In this document: one piece after another, positions 1 to 11,530 of the stretch
Position numbering within the stretch: position 1 is the stretch's first letter
How the letters are laid out: each line of letters opens with the position of its first letter
Assembly (NCBI GenBank): GCA_028534125.1
Contig: CM052816.1
Location: forward strand, 26,290,001 to 26,354,000
Origin: Lama glama
Taxonomy: Eukaryota
Direction: 5' to 3'
Length of the DNA stretch: 64,000 bases
The notes under the pieces: generated by a model
Databases searched by the model: none
What the model was told of the DNA's origin: nothing
What the model saw: only the letters and a program-made list of their open reading frames with translations
Program-made: the position numbers and the translations under genes

Positions 1-57
1 GGCATTGTCATAGTAGTAGTCACCCAGGTTAGAAAGATCCCTACCGGAGATACTGCA

Positions 58-555
58 CTATTAGGACTGCATTTAGCTGCAAGTAACCAAATCCCCTACT
101 TAGAAGCTTAAACATGTCAGAGTTGTGTGTCATGTGACATGATATCTAAGGGAAAATAGCCCAGGTGTGGGTCGCTGGCCTAAGGGTGCAGTCAGAGCAC
201 TAGGCTTCTAACTTCCAACTCAGTCATCCTCAACTTGGGGCTTCTGTCCTCATAGATGCAAGATGGCTGCTCCACTCACAGGCATTGACTCTTTGTTCCA
301 GGCAGGAAGAAAGAGAAAGGATGAGAAAGAGAAAAAAAAAAAAAGTGTCATCTAGGATGAGTTTTCCTTTCTGTTTGAGAAGGAGCATCCACCCTGGGGC
401 TTCTGCAGATAGTTACTGGGCAGGACTGTGACTCCTGGCCACCCCTGGTTGCAGTGGCTATGGGAAGGTGATTTTGTCAGTCTTGGAGCCTGCCCAGTAG
501 AGGAAGACAAGGGAAAAGGGAGTCATGACTGGCTTTTGATGAACTAATCCATGAT
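58..555 (-). mobile_element. MLT1-type (ERVL-MaLR) solo LTR, decayed
   Basis: Begins ttaggactgcatttagctgcaagtaac, the reverse complement of the MLT1 LTR 3' end. Internal caagatggctgc motif is typical of MLT1J/K/L. Boundaries approximate. Confidence 0.65.
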
Positions 556-1702
556 GTGCACTGCAATGGCACTGTTAGGGCAACTACTGGAAGAACTTTT
601 ACTGGAGATAATCCTGCTCCCTGAAGACTTCTCCCCGTGGCACCCCTGCCTGGGAACTTTTTGTTAAAGCACATTTGTTGAAGATACCTTGGTAAATGAC
701 AGGTTTTCTGGGGGAGATCTCTGCTAGAGATCTTGTAAGGATACTTTTGCTTAGATTCTTTTGCCATTGTCCTACCAGAAACTGTTAGGGCAGTTGAATT
801 AAACACACATACATTTACCTAGAGCTCCCAGGGACAAACATTAATTCTCAGAGACACCGCAGCCTGAACTCCTTCAGTGAACAAGGTGATTCTCCATACA
901 TTGGAGTCGGTACTTCACATAATTATGGAGAGCAATCTTTTTTCTTTTCTTTCCTTTCCTTCCTTTCATATTGTTACACTAAAGGCCTGCCAGGCATAAG
1001 AAAGGGACCCACAGCTAAGCCAACTCCCCATTAATGACCTCTCCTTCAAATACACAAAAACCCAGTCAAAGCTTCGAGATTACTGTTAATAAGTATTTGA
1101 TTAAATCTTTAGCCAAGGGTCCTCCAACTCCTTGATTCCTGTCTGGGGGAGGTGCGTTTTTATTCCCCAAATTACATCATATTCCCCCAGTAATATATAT
1201 AATTGCCTATCCTGCTGAGTGAGGCTGCATTACACATGAGCTGAGAGTAGTCTCTGGCTGATCTCATTCAAATCTGGTAGTGATATTTGCTAACTTTTTG
1301 ACTGCCCCACATCTTCCTTTTTGAGAGGATGGCATAATGTGCGAGCCTTAGTAGAGTTCACGACTCTGCCTTCAGCAAAAGGGAACTGGAATTCTGGGAT
1401 AACATTCAAAATGCTAACAACCCATATAACACAGGCACCACCAAGCAGAATCAACCGTGACTGTACATTGCACCGGTGTTGACTGGCAGGAGTCCAGCGT
1501 AGGGCAGGGTCTCTCCCTTCTCCCACCTAAGGCAGCTGGAACGTGAGTATATGACTTTGGTCAGACAGCTAGGTCCTCTAGCCCAGAACTTTCTGTTTTG
1601 AGCTAGTGATAAAAAGGCAGAGGGCTAGTTCAAATTAATCTGAGTAGTAGTGTCCAATGGGAACAGTGTCCTGTGATCCTGTGATCCTGTGGCTGTGGTG
1701 GG

Positions 1703-2284
1703 TTTTTTTTTCCTGTAAATAACCTGTTTATTTTTTCTAAAAAGCCACAATAGAAAATGATTAGTATGTAACTATGTAACAATATTTATATCCATTACAA
1801 TCTTCAAATTCATATTTTAAAAAGTTTAAGTGTTGGTGGGGGAGGGAATCGCTCAAGTGGTAGAGTGCATGCTTAGCATGCCTGAGGTCCTGGGTTCAAT
1901 CCCTCCTCTAAAAATAAAGAAAGAAACCTAATTACCTCCTCCCTCCCCCTTAAAAAAAAAGAAAAAAAAACCAGTTTGAGCGTTAACTACTGGAGGCCCT
2001 CAGAGGGATGATTTTGTGAACAGTTCACATTTATAACAAGCTCAAAACAGCAGCAGTGCTCTTTTTAGATGTGTTTTTATCAAATTGTTTTTAAGGGTTT
2101 GTGATTTTTATCTCTCCTCCTCTGTGATACTTCATCCGAGAAGACAAGATAGATGTGGCCCGGTTGTATGTATATCCCATTCTGGGTGTTTTGTTGTTAC
2201 ATATGAAAAGCAAAAGACGGCACCACTAGTTATGTGAAGTGAGGCTCCCACCAACCAAAAAGCAGAGCAGCTCCTAATTCATAC
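1703..2284 (-). pseudogene. CLDN10: Processed, 5'-truncated claudin-10 pseudogene (last two coding exons joined, 3'UTR, polyA)
   Basis: Minus strand 2284-2065 translates, with frameshifts and a stop, to YELGAALLFGW/GASLHITSGAVFCFS/NNKTPRMGYTYNRATSILSSRMKYHRGGEIKITNP*KQFDKN. This matches the CLDN10 C-terminus (YELGAALFIGWAGASLCIIGGVIFCFSISDNNKTPR(MG)YTYNGATSVMSSRTKYHGGEDFKTTNPSKQFDKNAYV). No intron. AATAAA at 1732-1727 lies 15 nt before an A9 tail (1711-1703). Confidence 0.92.
1835..1972 (+). mobile_element. Camelid tRNA-derived SINE (Vic-1-like)
   Basis: Head ggggagggaatcgctcaagtggtagagtgcatgcttagcatgcctgaggtcctgggttcaatccc carries pol III A and B boxes, followed by an A-rich tail. Imperfect TSD agtttaagtgtt (1823-1834) / agtttgagcgtt (1973-1984). 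Confidence 0.9.
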
Positions 2285-3977
2285 CCACCCTGCCACGTTC
2301 CATGTGTGTGGTCCTGGCCGAACTGTTCATGTTGAAAATGTCATTTCAGTGCTTCCTGCGTCTTGGTTCTCCACAACTACCTAGATTTCTACCATTTTCC
2401 AAGCCTGCTTCTTGCCTTCCCTCTACTCTGTAAACTCCTGACACTTCCTGAGTGAATACCTTTGCTTTTCAGATAACCAGGTCTTGTAATTTATGATCTT
2501 GCTACCAAGAATTCTGGCCGATAATTCATTGAAGACAGGCCTACACTGCCTGCTTTTTTTCTGCCTTCTTCTGGGCCCAGCCCTGTCCTTGCAAGTCTTT
2601 GGGGATTAGGAGGAAGACCCACACAAGGTGCCAGTCGCAGGAATTTCCACTAAAGAAAGTTTTCCTCCCTGCCTCCTTCCCTTTCCTCTCTTAAGAGCAG
2701 GAGCAGGAAATGCCTATGATTTTCCAACTGAAAGCCACACACTTTCTTGAGAAGATGTAGTAGATGTTATGTGACGTCTTCACACACACTGGAGTATGTC
2801 ATTAATAGCAAATAATTTTGCTTTTGAGGATTGATTGGTTAGAAAATACTTACCCCACATTTGGCTACAGTCTTTTATTTACTTTGGCACCCAAGTAGAT
2901 ATTCTCTATAAAAATTATTTTATTTCTGTATACTCTCTTTGTGACGGAAAGGATGTCTACACTCCATAAAAATAAAATTAATTTGAAATAAGAAAAATGG
3001 AGTTAAGGAAAAATGTCCACAGGCATGAAGTTGACACACAAATTATATGCCAAGAAATCCTATATTCACTAGAAGTGAGCCATGAGTTTTGCAGGTCACT
3101 CTTATAGAACAAAACATAGTATGATATGCATATTAACTTATCAAAATCAATTTAAAGATTTAGGTAATAGATGTTACCTGAAATAGACTGGGCAATTTGT
3201 TTTCTTTTCCCCAACAACTAGATAGCTAATAACTGTCAGCCCTCAACATTGTCTAAGCATTTTCCAGCCCTATAATCTTCAGCTGTCTAAGCTAAATACC
3301 TTGAGATAGGTATTATTTATACCTAGAGATAGCTTTAAAAATCATGAATTAAAATTTGTTGTTCTGATGTCCTTTCTTGAGACTCAGATATTCAGTTTTG
3401 TTTTGTTAGATTTCTTTGGGATTTTGGAGAGTCTAATAGATTACCATGACTTTTCCCCCCTCAGAACCCCACAACTAAAATAAATATGACAGTTGTCACA
3501 CTGAATGCATTTGTTGTCTTGTGTTTAAGGATCTGTCAGTTAGAAGTTATATTAATTTATGAAAGAGTCACTTGACTGCTAAGAAGAAAAGTTGCTTTCT
3601 GAGAAGGTTGGAATTCAGTCTAAATTCCACCTGACTCATTATGGAAGTGGTTCTAACACCCCTTACTAGAGGTGCCCAGTAGGCCTGGGACAAGTAAGGT
3701 GGGCTTTGCTTACAAGCAGCCCTGAGGGCAAATTCCTGTGTGGCACAGGGCTCATCACTTTAAACTCTGAGCCTTGGTTTCTTTATCTGTAAGGGAGGAT
3801 AGTGATAGAGTTGTGAGGCCTGAATTAAGTACTTTAAAAATTACCCTCTACACTTTCTGATGCATACTTTTGACTGTTTTGAATATTTCTTTTTTCTATC
3901 ACCCAGTGGAACAAACTAACTCAGTAACTTTACTTACACCTAACACTGTGGTTCTATTGTGAAGCGGCTCTAACTTT

Positions 3978-4049
3978 AATAATAATAACAACAACTATTA
4001 TTATTATTGTTGTTGTTGCAGTATTATTAATATTGTTATTATTATTATT
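3978..4049. repeat. Compound (AAT/AAC)n-(TTA/TTG)n simple repeat with inverted arms
   Basis: aataataataacaa...ttgttattattatt read directly from the sequence. Confidence 0.85.
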
Positions 4050-4458
4050 ACACAACGAACAAAACCCAAAACCCCTTTTGTGGGTAGTATCATTGTATTT
4101 GTGCAGAAAATGTTCAGGTTTGATGGTATAACCATTAGAAATGAAAATTGGTTACGACAATGGAGTAAAAAACTTCTATGAGTAATGAAGAAAAGATGCA
4201 TTGTCACATTGAAAACACGCCATTTTATCCTATTCTTTCTGAACTTTCAATATCTTGTTCAACATAAGGCAGAGTCCTTGGCTTGCGTTCCTTCTCTTTG
4301 TTTTGTAGCTGTTGCGTATTTGCGTGTGTGTTTTAAATATCTGAAGAATTTAAAAATTTTGGAGAATTCTAGCAGCATTCTGAAGAAGAAAATTAATATC
4401 AAGAGTGACTTAGTTACAATACTTCATTTAGAAATTCTTTTTTGCCTCAGTCTGAGAA

Positions 4459-4630
4459 TCAGTAGATCTCATCCTTGGCCACACATTAGAATCACCCAGA
4501 GACCTTTTGAAGAATGCTGAGACTTGGGTCCTGTCTCCAGGGATTCTGATATAAATGATACTGAGTCTGGGCATTTTTAAATGTAAAAATTCTTCAGAAG
4601 ATTCCCAGTGTGCAGCCAGGCTTAGAATCT
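4459..4630. mobile_element. MER5-family hAT-Charlie MITE
   Basis: cagtagatctcatccttggccacacattagaatcacc...gattctgat...tgtgcagccagggcttagaatc resembles MER5A/B. Confidence 0.7.
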
Positions 4631-6489
4631 ATTCCCTTACATGTTTGTAGTTGATGATTCTTTATGTTTCTTGTTCCTTGGGTAATTGAAGGAAAACTGT
4701 CCTTTTCAGAAATCTCCCCTCGCAGTGGGGCTGGGTTAGGTGCCTGTGCTGTTCGCTTTCCTGGGACCCTGCATTTCCCCTGTCATGGCACTTACTACAT
4801 TTCCTGTGGTGGTTTTTCCCCACACTAGACTCTTAAGTTCTGTGAAGGCAAGAACCTGACTGTATTTTTCGCCATTATCTTCTTGGCATGGAGGAGAAAC
4901 TCCATGACTCCTTGTGGATGTTTGTTGTTGAATAATTCTGTTAATGCTTTTTTCTCAAAAGGGTTGAAATACTTCCCTGTGTCTTCAAATGTTTTAGTGT
5001 AAGGATTGGATGACAAGGAGTGTAAAGATGAGGTGAAGATGGGTGGGATGGGGAGGAGGAGAAAGAGCTACAGAAGCAGTAGTGGGAGAAGGGGGTGCAG
5101 GTGAGTAATACTGACAAATCTGGCTTAGAAAAATAGAGACCTGTGCGTGAATTATTTATTAATGTATTGTGCCAGAAACTATGTTTTATACTCTGCAGAG
5201 TGAACCCCACAGACAGTCTCAGGATTTTTTGAGTTGAAATCTACATTTGTGGTGAGTCAGGATAGAATGAAGTTGGTGAATTTTTCATTACCTGACTTGG
5301 TGTCTCTCAATAGTTTGATTTAGAATCTTAATTAAATCTGCTCCACTTTGCAGAGTCACCAGGGACAGCATCAGTTCGGTGTATTGGGGACCTTGGTGGT
5401 CTCTTTGCAAGTCAACTATTGACTCTACCTCTTCAAGGGATTGAATTTTCAGTGTCTTGGTTTACTTGTTTGTAAAATAATAGTATCTGCCGTTAAACTG
5501 TGCAAATCCAGTTCACTGTTGGCAGAATCCCCATAGAAGTTCCAACAGGTTCATTGAAAAAAATGAATAACATTTTACTGATTTGATTGCAATTTAGCAG
5601 ATACACATTTAACACTTCAATTATATTAATCAAAACGAAAGTTTTCACATGACAGTTTCAAGCCAGCAGTCTCGGTTTTTTAACCTGTTTCACCATCTTC
5701 ATTAGAGTGTAGAGTTTGATAACTGCGTGTGACTGAAATAAAACTAGAGAGCTTCTTTTCAGAGATTTTTTTTTTTTTTGCTTTTATTCAGACCTTCTGA
5801 GCAAGTGAAAGAGTATTTTTATTTTGTCCATGGAGGAGAATGAATCTCTTCCTCACTTTTGTCACCCTCGCCCTGTGGTGCACTTTTGTGTTATTTGTGT
5901 GAACACGTACCTTGCTGACTAACTTAGAAGTTTCGGTAGGGCAGGAATTGTGGCAGTGTTTCATACTATACCTATTCAGGTGAATCAAACATGTTAGTCC
6001 TTTTGGACTCCTTTTTGCTCCTCAGTTCCTAATATCTTATCAGTCACAAAGTCCTGCCCATTATTTTTCAATTTGGCCACCTTCCTTTCCTCCCATCATT
6101 TCCTTCTTACATCAACCATTCTAGTTAAGAACTCATCAAGTTGCCAGTCACTGATTTTCCTGCTTATTGTCTTGTACCTTCAAGTTCATCTTCCACAGAT
6201 ACCCTGGAAACTAATCTGTAATGCAAATGATAAAATATGCTTGTGGATTGCAATTATTTGAAAGTTCTGAATTTGTTTTAATTAGTGGGTTTCTGCACTA
6301 GCTTTTGTGTGAGCAAAGATTGCTGAGATCAAAGCACTTTATAGTCCCAGCTTCTTGGGCTGATGTACCAAATGATGCAGTGGACCATCCCTCCAGGCTC
6401 TTAGTTGGCCAGTTGAACTTCCCAGTTATACCAGACTGTCTATCCTTCCACACACAGTCCCCGAGATAGGCCGTTTATTCATTTTCATC

Positions 6490-6850
6490 CCCACTGCCCG
6501 GAAGCCCCTTGCCCTCTTTTCTTTGCTTAATTCCTACTCCCCTTCATCAGTAAGCTCAGATACAACGTCTTCCAGAAGGCTTTTGCTGTTTACCACTCCC
6601 ACAACACCAAGCCAGATCAGGTGAGGTGAGACCAGGTCAGGAGAAGTCAGGCCAGGTCAGGTGAGGTCAGGCCAAGCAGCTCTCATCACAAAAGTGTGTG
6701 CCGTTGGCTGCACTTGCCACATTATAAGGCATTTGCTGATACATCTGTGTCTACCATTAGATTATATATTCCTCAAGGACCTGGAACCTACTTTTATTCC
6801 TATTTCCCCAGTGCCTAGTACAGGGAGTTACTAAATAAATGTTGAGATGA
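6490..6850 (+). mobile_element. L2 LINE 3' fragment
   Basis: Ends ccccagtgcctagtacagggagttactaaataaatgttga, the L2 3' end motif. Confidence 0.65.
6609..6678. repeat. Degenerate pentamer/decamer tandem repeat (AGGTC/AGGTG/AGGCC)
   Basis: aagcc agatc aggtg aggtg agacc aggtc aggag aagtc aggcc aggtc aggtg aggtc aggcc aagca: 14 pentamers. Confidence 0.85.
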
Positions 6851-7329
6851 GTCCAGCTTGTTACTGAGTCTAGTGTAGTATGTGAGTTAGTGTTCAGCAA
6901 CTATTAAAATTTTAAGGTTTATACACTTCTGGATAATATAAGAAAGGACACTTATAAGATAGCAACATCTTCTCATCAGTAATGTTAAATCAGAATCTGA
7001 TATCTGCCTGTTGGGGACAGTGTGGGAGTGGATTGGAGAAGTTCAAGGTAGATTAATCTCTGGCCTTTCCTACTGTAAAATTTTATGGGCCTTGGAGTAT
7101 TCCACATTGGAGGATATTACTGTTAACTGATTAGTCTGTATCTTTCATATTAAGAACAGTATTAACAAATAAAGCATGCAAAGTGGAGTAAAGTGGACCC
7201 TCTCTTCCTGTTCCTCCTTGGCCCACCTTTCTTCACAGCGCTCCAGGGCTCTGCAGTTCACTGACCTTTCTCTTCAGCTTTTGATAGGCTGTTCCAGCCC
7301 CCAGGTGCTGCTCTTCCCCACTGTTCAGT

Positions 7330-8810
7330 GTTCCTGCTCTTTCAGAAGATTATCCGCCATTTCTTCTGGCTTCAACCTCCACAGATTGGCAACTGCTTAA
7401 CCTAATCCCAGCCCCAAATGCTCCACACAGCACAAGTTGCATATGTAACTGTCCATTTCAGGTCTTTACTTGTATGTCCCACAAACACCTCAAATTCAAC
7501 ATATCCTTAACTGAACTTCCATCTCTCCTCCAGACTTTTCTCTCCTTACTTTGGTCTCTATTTTTGTAATGGAAGCAGCATTCATTTTGTCCATTTCTTT
7601 TCTCTCATTTGCTACACCAAATTAATTTCAGAGTCCATTGATTCTGTCTCCTTAACATTTTAATTTCCTGACAGCTTTATTATGGCAGGGATTGTGAACT
7701 GGTGACCCTCTGGCTAGACCTGGCTCACAGACAAGTTGAGTTTAAAATCTGGGTATAAATGTGTTCTGGTGGGCATATGCTTTCCAGCTTGCCACTGTCC
7801 CTGTCACTCCATGCTGAGTGACCTCAGCCCACTCTTTGTGGTTAGGTCAGCTACCTGGTCCCTTTATTTCCCCTGATTTACACCAATATTGTCTCTTCTG
7901 TGTGACTGAACAGGCTCTTAAGTTGACTTCTAGACACCAACAGAGTGATCAGGTCAGCCTACTCTCTTCCTTAAAACTTTAAAAAAGTCTCAAAGGCTTC
8001 CCAGGCCCTAAACAGTGGTCTCAGTCCACTCTGCACATGTGAATTATCTGGGGAACTTAAATCTCACCCCAGACCAATTAAATCATCATCTTTGGGGGTG
8101 ACGCCTAGGCATTTCTGTATTTTTAATGTTCCCCAAATGATCCTAATTTGCAGCCAGTACTAAACCACTGGCCTATAGGGTAGACTCCCAGTTCTTTAAG
8201 TGGCGAGACTCTTATCCATACACATGTTCAAGTATTGTCTCAGAATATTCCTCCCCACCCTGACTTCTTTGTGGTTCCCAAGAGCACTGAGTTGTTTCAG
8301 GCATTTTGTGAAGTTACAGCTCATGATTCCCTCCTCTCTTAGTTATCTCTGCTTCTGGTCTCCCTGAAAAACATCCATAAATGTCATACACCCAGCTCAG
8401 GCATCACTCCCTGTGAAGCATTTCCAAAAATACCTCCTACTCCAGAGAAGCGATCTCTGCTATCTTTGTGTCCTAAGATGGTCCCAGTTGACTGCATATC
8501 TGTGACAGTACTATGTTGCAGGGCTTCTCAAACTTTAATGTGTGCACAGATACATATTTGTTAAATGCACGTTGTGATTAAGTAGATCTGGGGTGGGGCC
8601 TGCTATTCTGCTATTTTAACAAACTCCCGGGTGAATCACATGTTGAGTACCAAGGGTTTATTGCATTTACTTGTTTTTATGCCTGCGCTCTTTGCTTTAC
8701 TGTGTACTTCCTGAGGACAGTGATCACATTTAGTCATCTTTTTATCTGAGTTGAATGCCTGACAGCTTGCAATCACCCACTAAGTATGGCATGAATGAAA
8801 AAAATACATA
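7330..8810 (+). mobile_element. L2 LINE fragments interrupted by DNA-transposon MITEs (MER5-like at about 8012-8170 and 8518-8655; MER102-like at about 7685-7860)
   Basis: L2 motifs cacctcaaattcaacatatcc and tgaggacagtgatcaca...tgaatgaa. MER5 motifs cagtggtctc...ctggggaactt...cccagaccaattaaatca and cagggcttctcaaactttaatgtg...gtagatctggggtggggcc. Confidence 0.6.
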
Positions 8811-9329
8811 ATGAATGGTTAAGTGAGCTAGGGATGGATGGATTGATTGATGTGGGTGGAGGGAAGGAAGGAGAAAGGAAGTAAGGAAAAAGGAAGAGAG
8901 GAGGGAAGAAAGGCAGGCAGTTATGAGTGTCTCAATTTAGGCAAACAAATAGACCTCTAAAAGCAAATTTTGCAGAACCTATTTCAGGAGTATTTTGACA
9001 ATCATGTCAGAAATGAGAATCTCTCAGCAGCTTCTTTCTGCCCTTCAAAGAAAATACTAGCAATATTTCTGAGAAAAAAGTACCCTGGATTATGGAATTC
9101 AAGGACATTAGAGCATTAGATATTTTATGGCTTTGGAGGAAAACTGTATGTTGCAGGAAGACATGCATGGTGCTAAGATATATGATGAGAACTCACAGTC
9201 AGACAGCAACATGATCAGTATTTTTAAGACAGTGTCTTCATTTTCTCTGGAAGAGTTTCTCACCCACTGTATGTATATGTCAGATGGGTGGCAGGGTGCC
9301 CTGGGCAGCAGCTTTGGTGCTTCTATCTG

Positions 9330-9790
9330 ATTTTTGATTCAGTATTTTACTAGCTCTGTGACTTTGAGCAACTTAACTTTACCTCTACAAGCTATGGTTT
9401 CTTCATGTATGCAGTAAGATAGTTGAATATCAATATTAAAAATCTAATGTTAAAGGATTTAATAAGGATCGCATGAGATACTATGTGCAAAGGACTTGGC
9501 ACAGTGTTGAGTACATTAAAAAGAGAAAACTTTCAATAAATGTTAGTATTAGCAGTGGTAGCTATTAAGATGCAGAAATGAAGACCACAGTGATTTTTCG
9601 TTGCATATGAACACATGGGGGCATATGCTTCAGTTGAAGAAGTTTAAGTGTTGGGACTAGAAAATCCAAGCTCAGATACTAATATTTTGCTGTTTATTCA
9701 TTGTGTGACTGAGAGCAAGTTACTTAAATTCTCTGAACTTTGGTTTCTTCACCTGTGAGTTGGACAAAATAGTATCCACTGAGTTGTTGG
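9330..9790 (+). mobile_element. Two MIR SINE fragments
   Basis: MIR cores: tactagctctgtgactttgagcaac...ggtttcttcatgtatg and tgtgtgactgagagcaagttacttaaattctctgaactttggtttcttcacctgtg. Confidence 0.75.
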
Positions 9791-10069
9791 GGGAAATAAT
9801 AGCTAGTATTATACAGGTTTGATTTATTTGTTGGATTGAAGTTGTCACTAGAAAAGCTGAGATGTTGGTTTCCTGCTGCTTACAAAGAAACAACCTGAAA
9901 AATAAATGTGTATTTTAATACACTGATAGACTGTACTAAAACATACAATAGCAGCACGTGTGTGTTCAGTACGTTGTGATGATTTTAAATGACTGACTAT
10001 TCTGCTAGTAGATAGATTAGTAATATATTCATCATCTACAAGGCAATGGTGGTCTCTGGTGATCTAACC

Positions 10070-10283
10070 CTAGAAGCAGCAAACTATGGCCAGTAGGCCA
10101 AATCTGGCCCACTACCTGTGTTTTAAATAAAGTTTTATTGGCACATCACCATGCTCATTCATTTATGAGGCTCCTATGGCTACTTTCTTGCAAAAAGGAA
10201 GAGCTGAGTAGTTCTAACAGAGACCATCTGACATGCAAAGTCTAAAATGTTCCCTATTTTATGGAAAATTTTGCTGGCCCTTG
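10070..10283. mobile_element. MER58A hAT-Charlie MITE
   Basis: gcaaactatggcc...ggccaaatctggcccactacctgtgttttaaataaagttttattgg...gagctgagtagttctaacagagacc matches MER58A. Confidence 0.85.
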
Positions 10284-10859
10284 ATCAAAATGAATAGAAT
10301 CATAGAAATAGTTCTGTAGCACAAAAAAGTTATGGGTTAGAAACATGTCAAGATTAAAATTCTGAGGGCAGTGATATTACTTTAAGAGATCTCACAATAT
10401 ACCATGAGCCTCAGAACTCTCATCTGGGGACTTGAAGCAGCTATAGAGACCCTGATTTCCATCCTGGTTCAGAACTATTTAAATACATGTAGAAATCAAG
10501 ATACTCACAGAAATAAACAAAAAGAACCAAAAAACTACTGACCTTTTATGTTGCAGGTTAGAAAGAGAACTCGGAAAAGGTTTTATTTAGCAGAGAAGTT
10601 TCTGTGAACCTTCATTTATTTTCTGTGATTGATCTGTTGATAAGGTATAAACCATCCTGCCCTCACCCCATCCATGTCTCAGGGTTCTAAATTTACATTT
10701 ATGGTTTATTCATAATAAACCTGGATCTATCTCGTGAAAAATATTAAAGTTTCTAAAATTGCTACTCCTATCATATAGAAATGACTTCTTCCCTGTGAAC
10801 AGATATTCATTATTGCTGGTGATTGGGAAAAATGCTTCAGTTTAATACTAGAGACAATT

Positions 10860-11530
10860 GTTACCCATTCAATTGGCAAAATTTAAGTATCTGATAATAC
10901 CAAGTGTTGGGATGGTTTAAAACAACTGAATCTTTCATGCATTATGAGTGGATATGAAAATCGGTGCAACCACTTTGAAAAATATATTTCTCCTAACATT
11001 GAATACTCATTACTTATAACCTGGCAATTCCACACCTGGAAATATATTCCAGAGAAACACTTGCACATGTAGAGCAGGGTAGTATTTGCAACATCACTGT
11101 TCATAATTGGGATTAAAAACAACCTGGAAACACCATACTGCCTATCAGGGGAAAAGTTGATGAACAAATGTTGGATATAGAACCATACAGCAACTCAAAA
11201 GAAATACAGTGCAGTGTCTTGCAAAAAAAAAAAAATCTTAGCAATCTCTTAAGTAGAAATTACATACACCATGACACTTTTTCATAAAGTGAAACCAGTC
11301 ATATAAAAATGTTATTTTTTTAGGAATAAGGATAAAATAAAAACCATCTAGAGGGGAAGTGAGAGGCTGATGATCAAGAAATTAAAGATGAAGTTAACTT
11401 TAGTTTCAGGGAGCTAGGGAGATGGGATGGGAAATCACATAGCTATGTTTTGGTTATTATTAAGATCTTAGCTTTTGTTTTGAATAGTGCAAGTACAGGT
11501 GCTTTTTTTTAAATTAAAAATAAATAACAA
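10860..11530 (+). mobile_element. Ancient L1 (L1ME-like) ORF2 end and 3'UTR
   Basis: ggtgcaaccactttgaaaa...gcaattccacacctgg...cactgttcataat...ctggaaacacc are L1 3' motifs. Confidence 0.7.

Larger units (their letters stand above)
1560..2523 (+). mobile_element. ERVL-class LTR (LTR33/LTR16-like), split by the CLDN10 retrocopy
   Basis: 2305-2523 resembles the ERVL LTR 3' half (tgtggtcctggccgaactgttc...cattttccaagcctg...ttgctaccaagaattctggccgata). LTR-like sequence continues left of the poly-T at 1703. Confidence 0.5.

Noticed and set aside
1838..1903. tRNA gene
   Set aside because: A and B boxes are present, but there is no complete acceptor stem and it has an A-rich tail and TSD. It is a SINE head.
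6609..6678. CRISPR array or immunoglobulin switch region
   Set aside because: Only 70 bp of contiguous pentamers with no spacers, in eukaryotic context, and lacking the kb-scale GAGCT/GGGGT arrays of switch regions.
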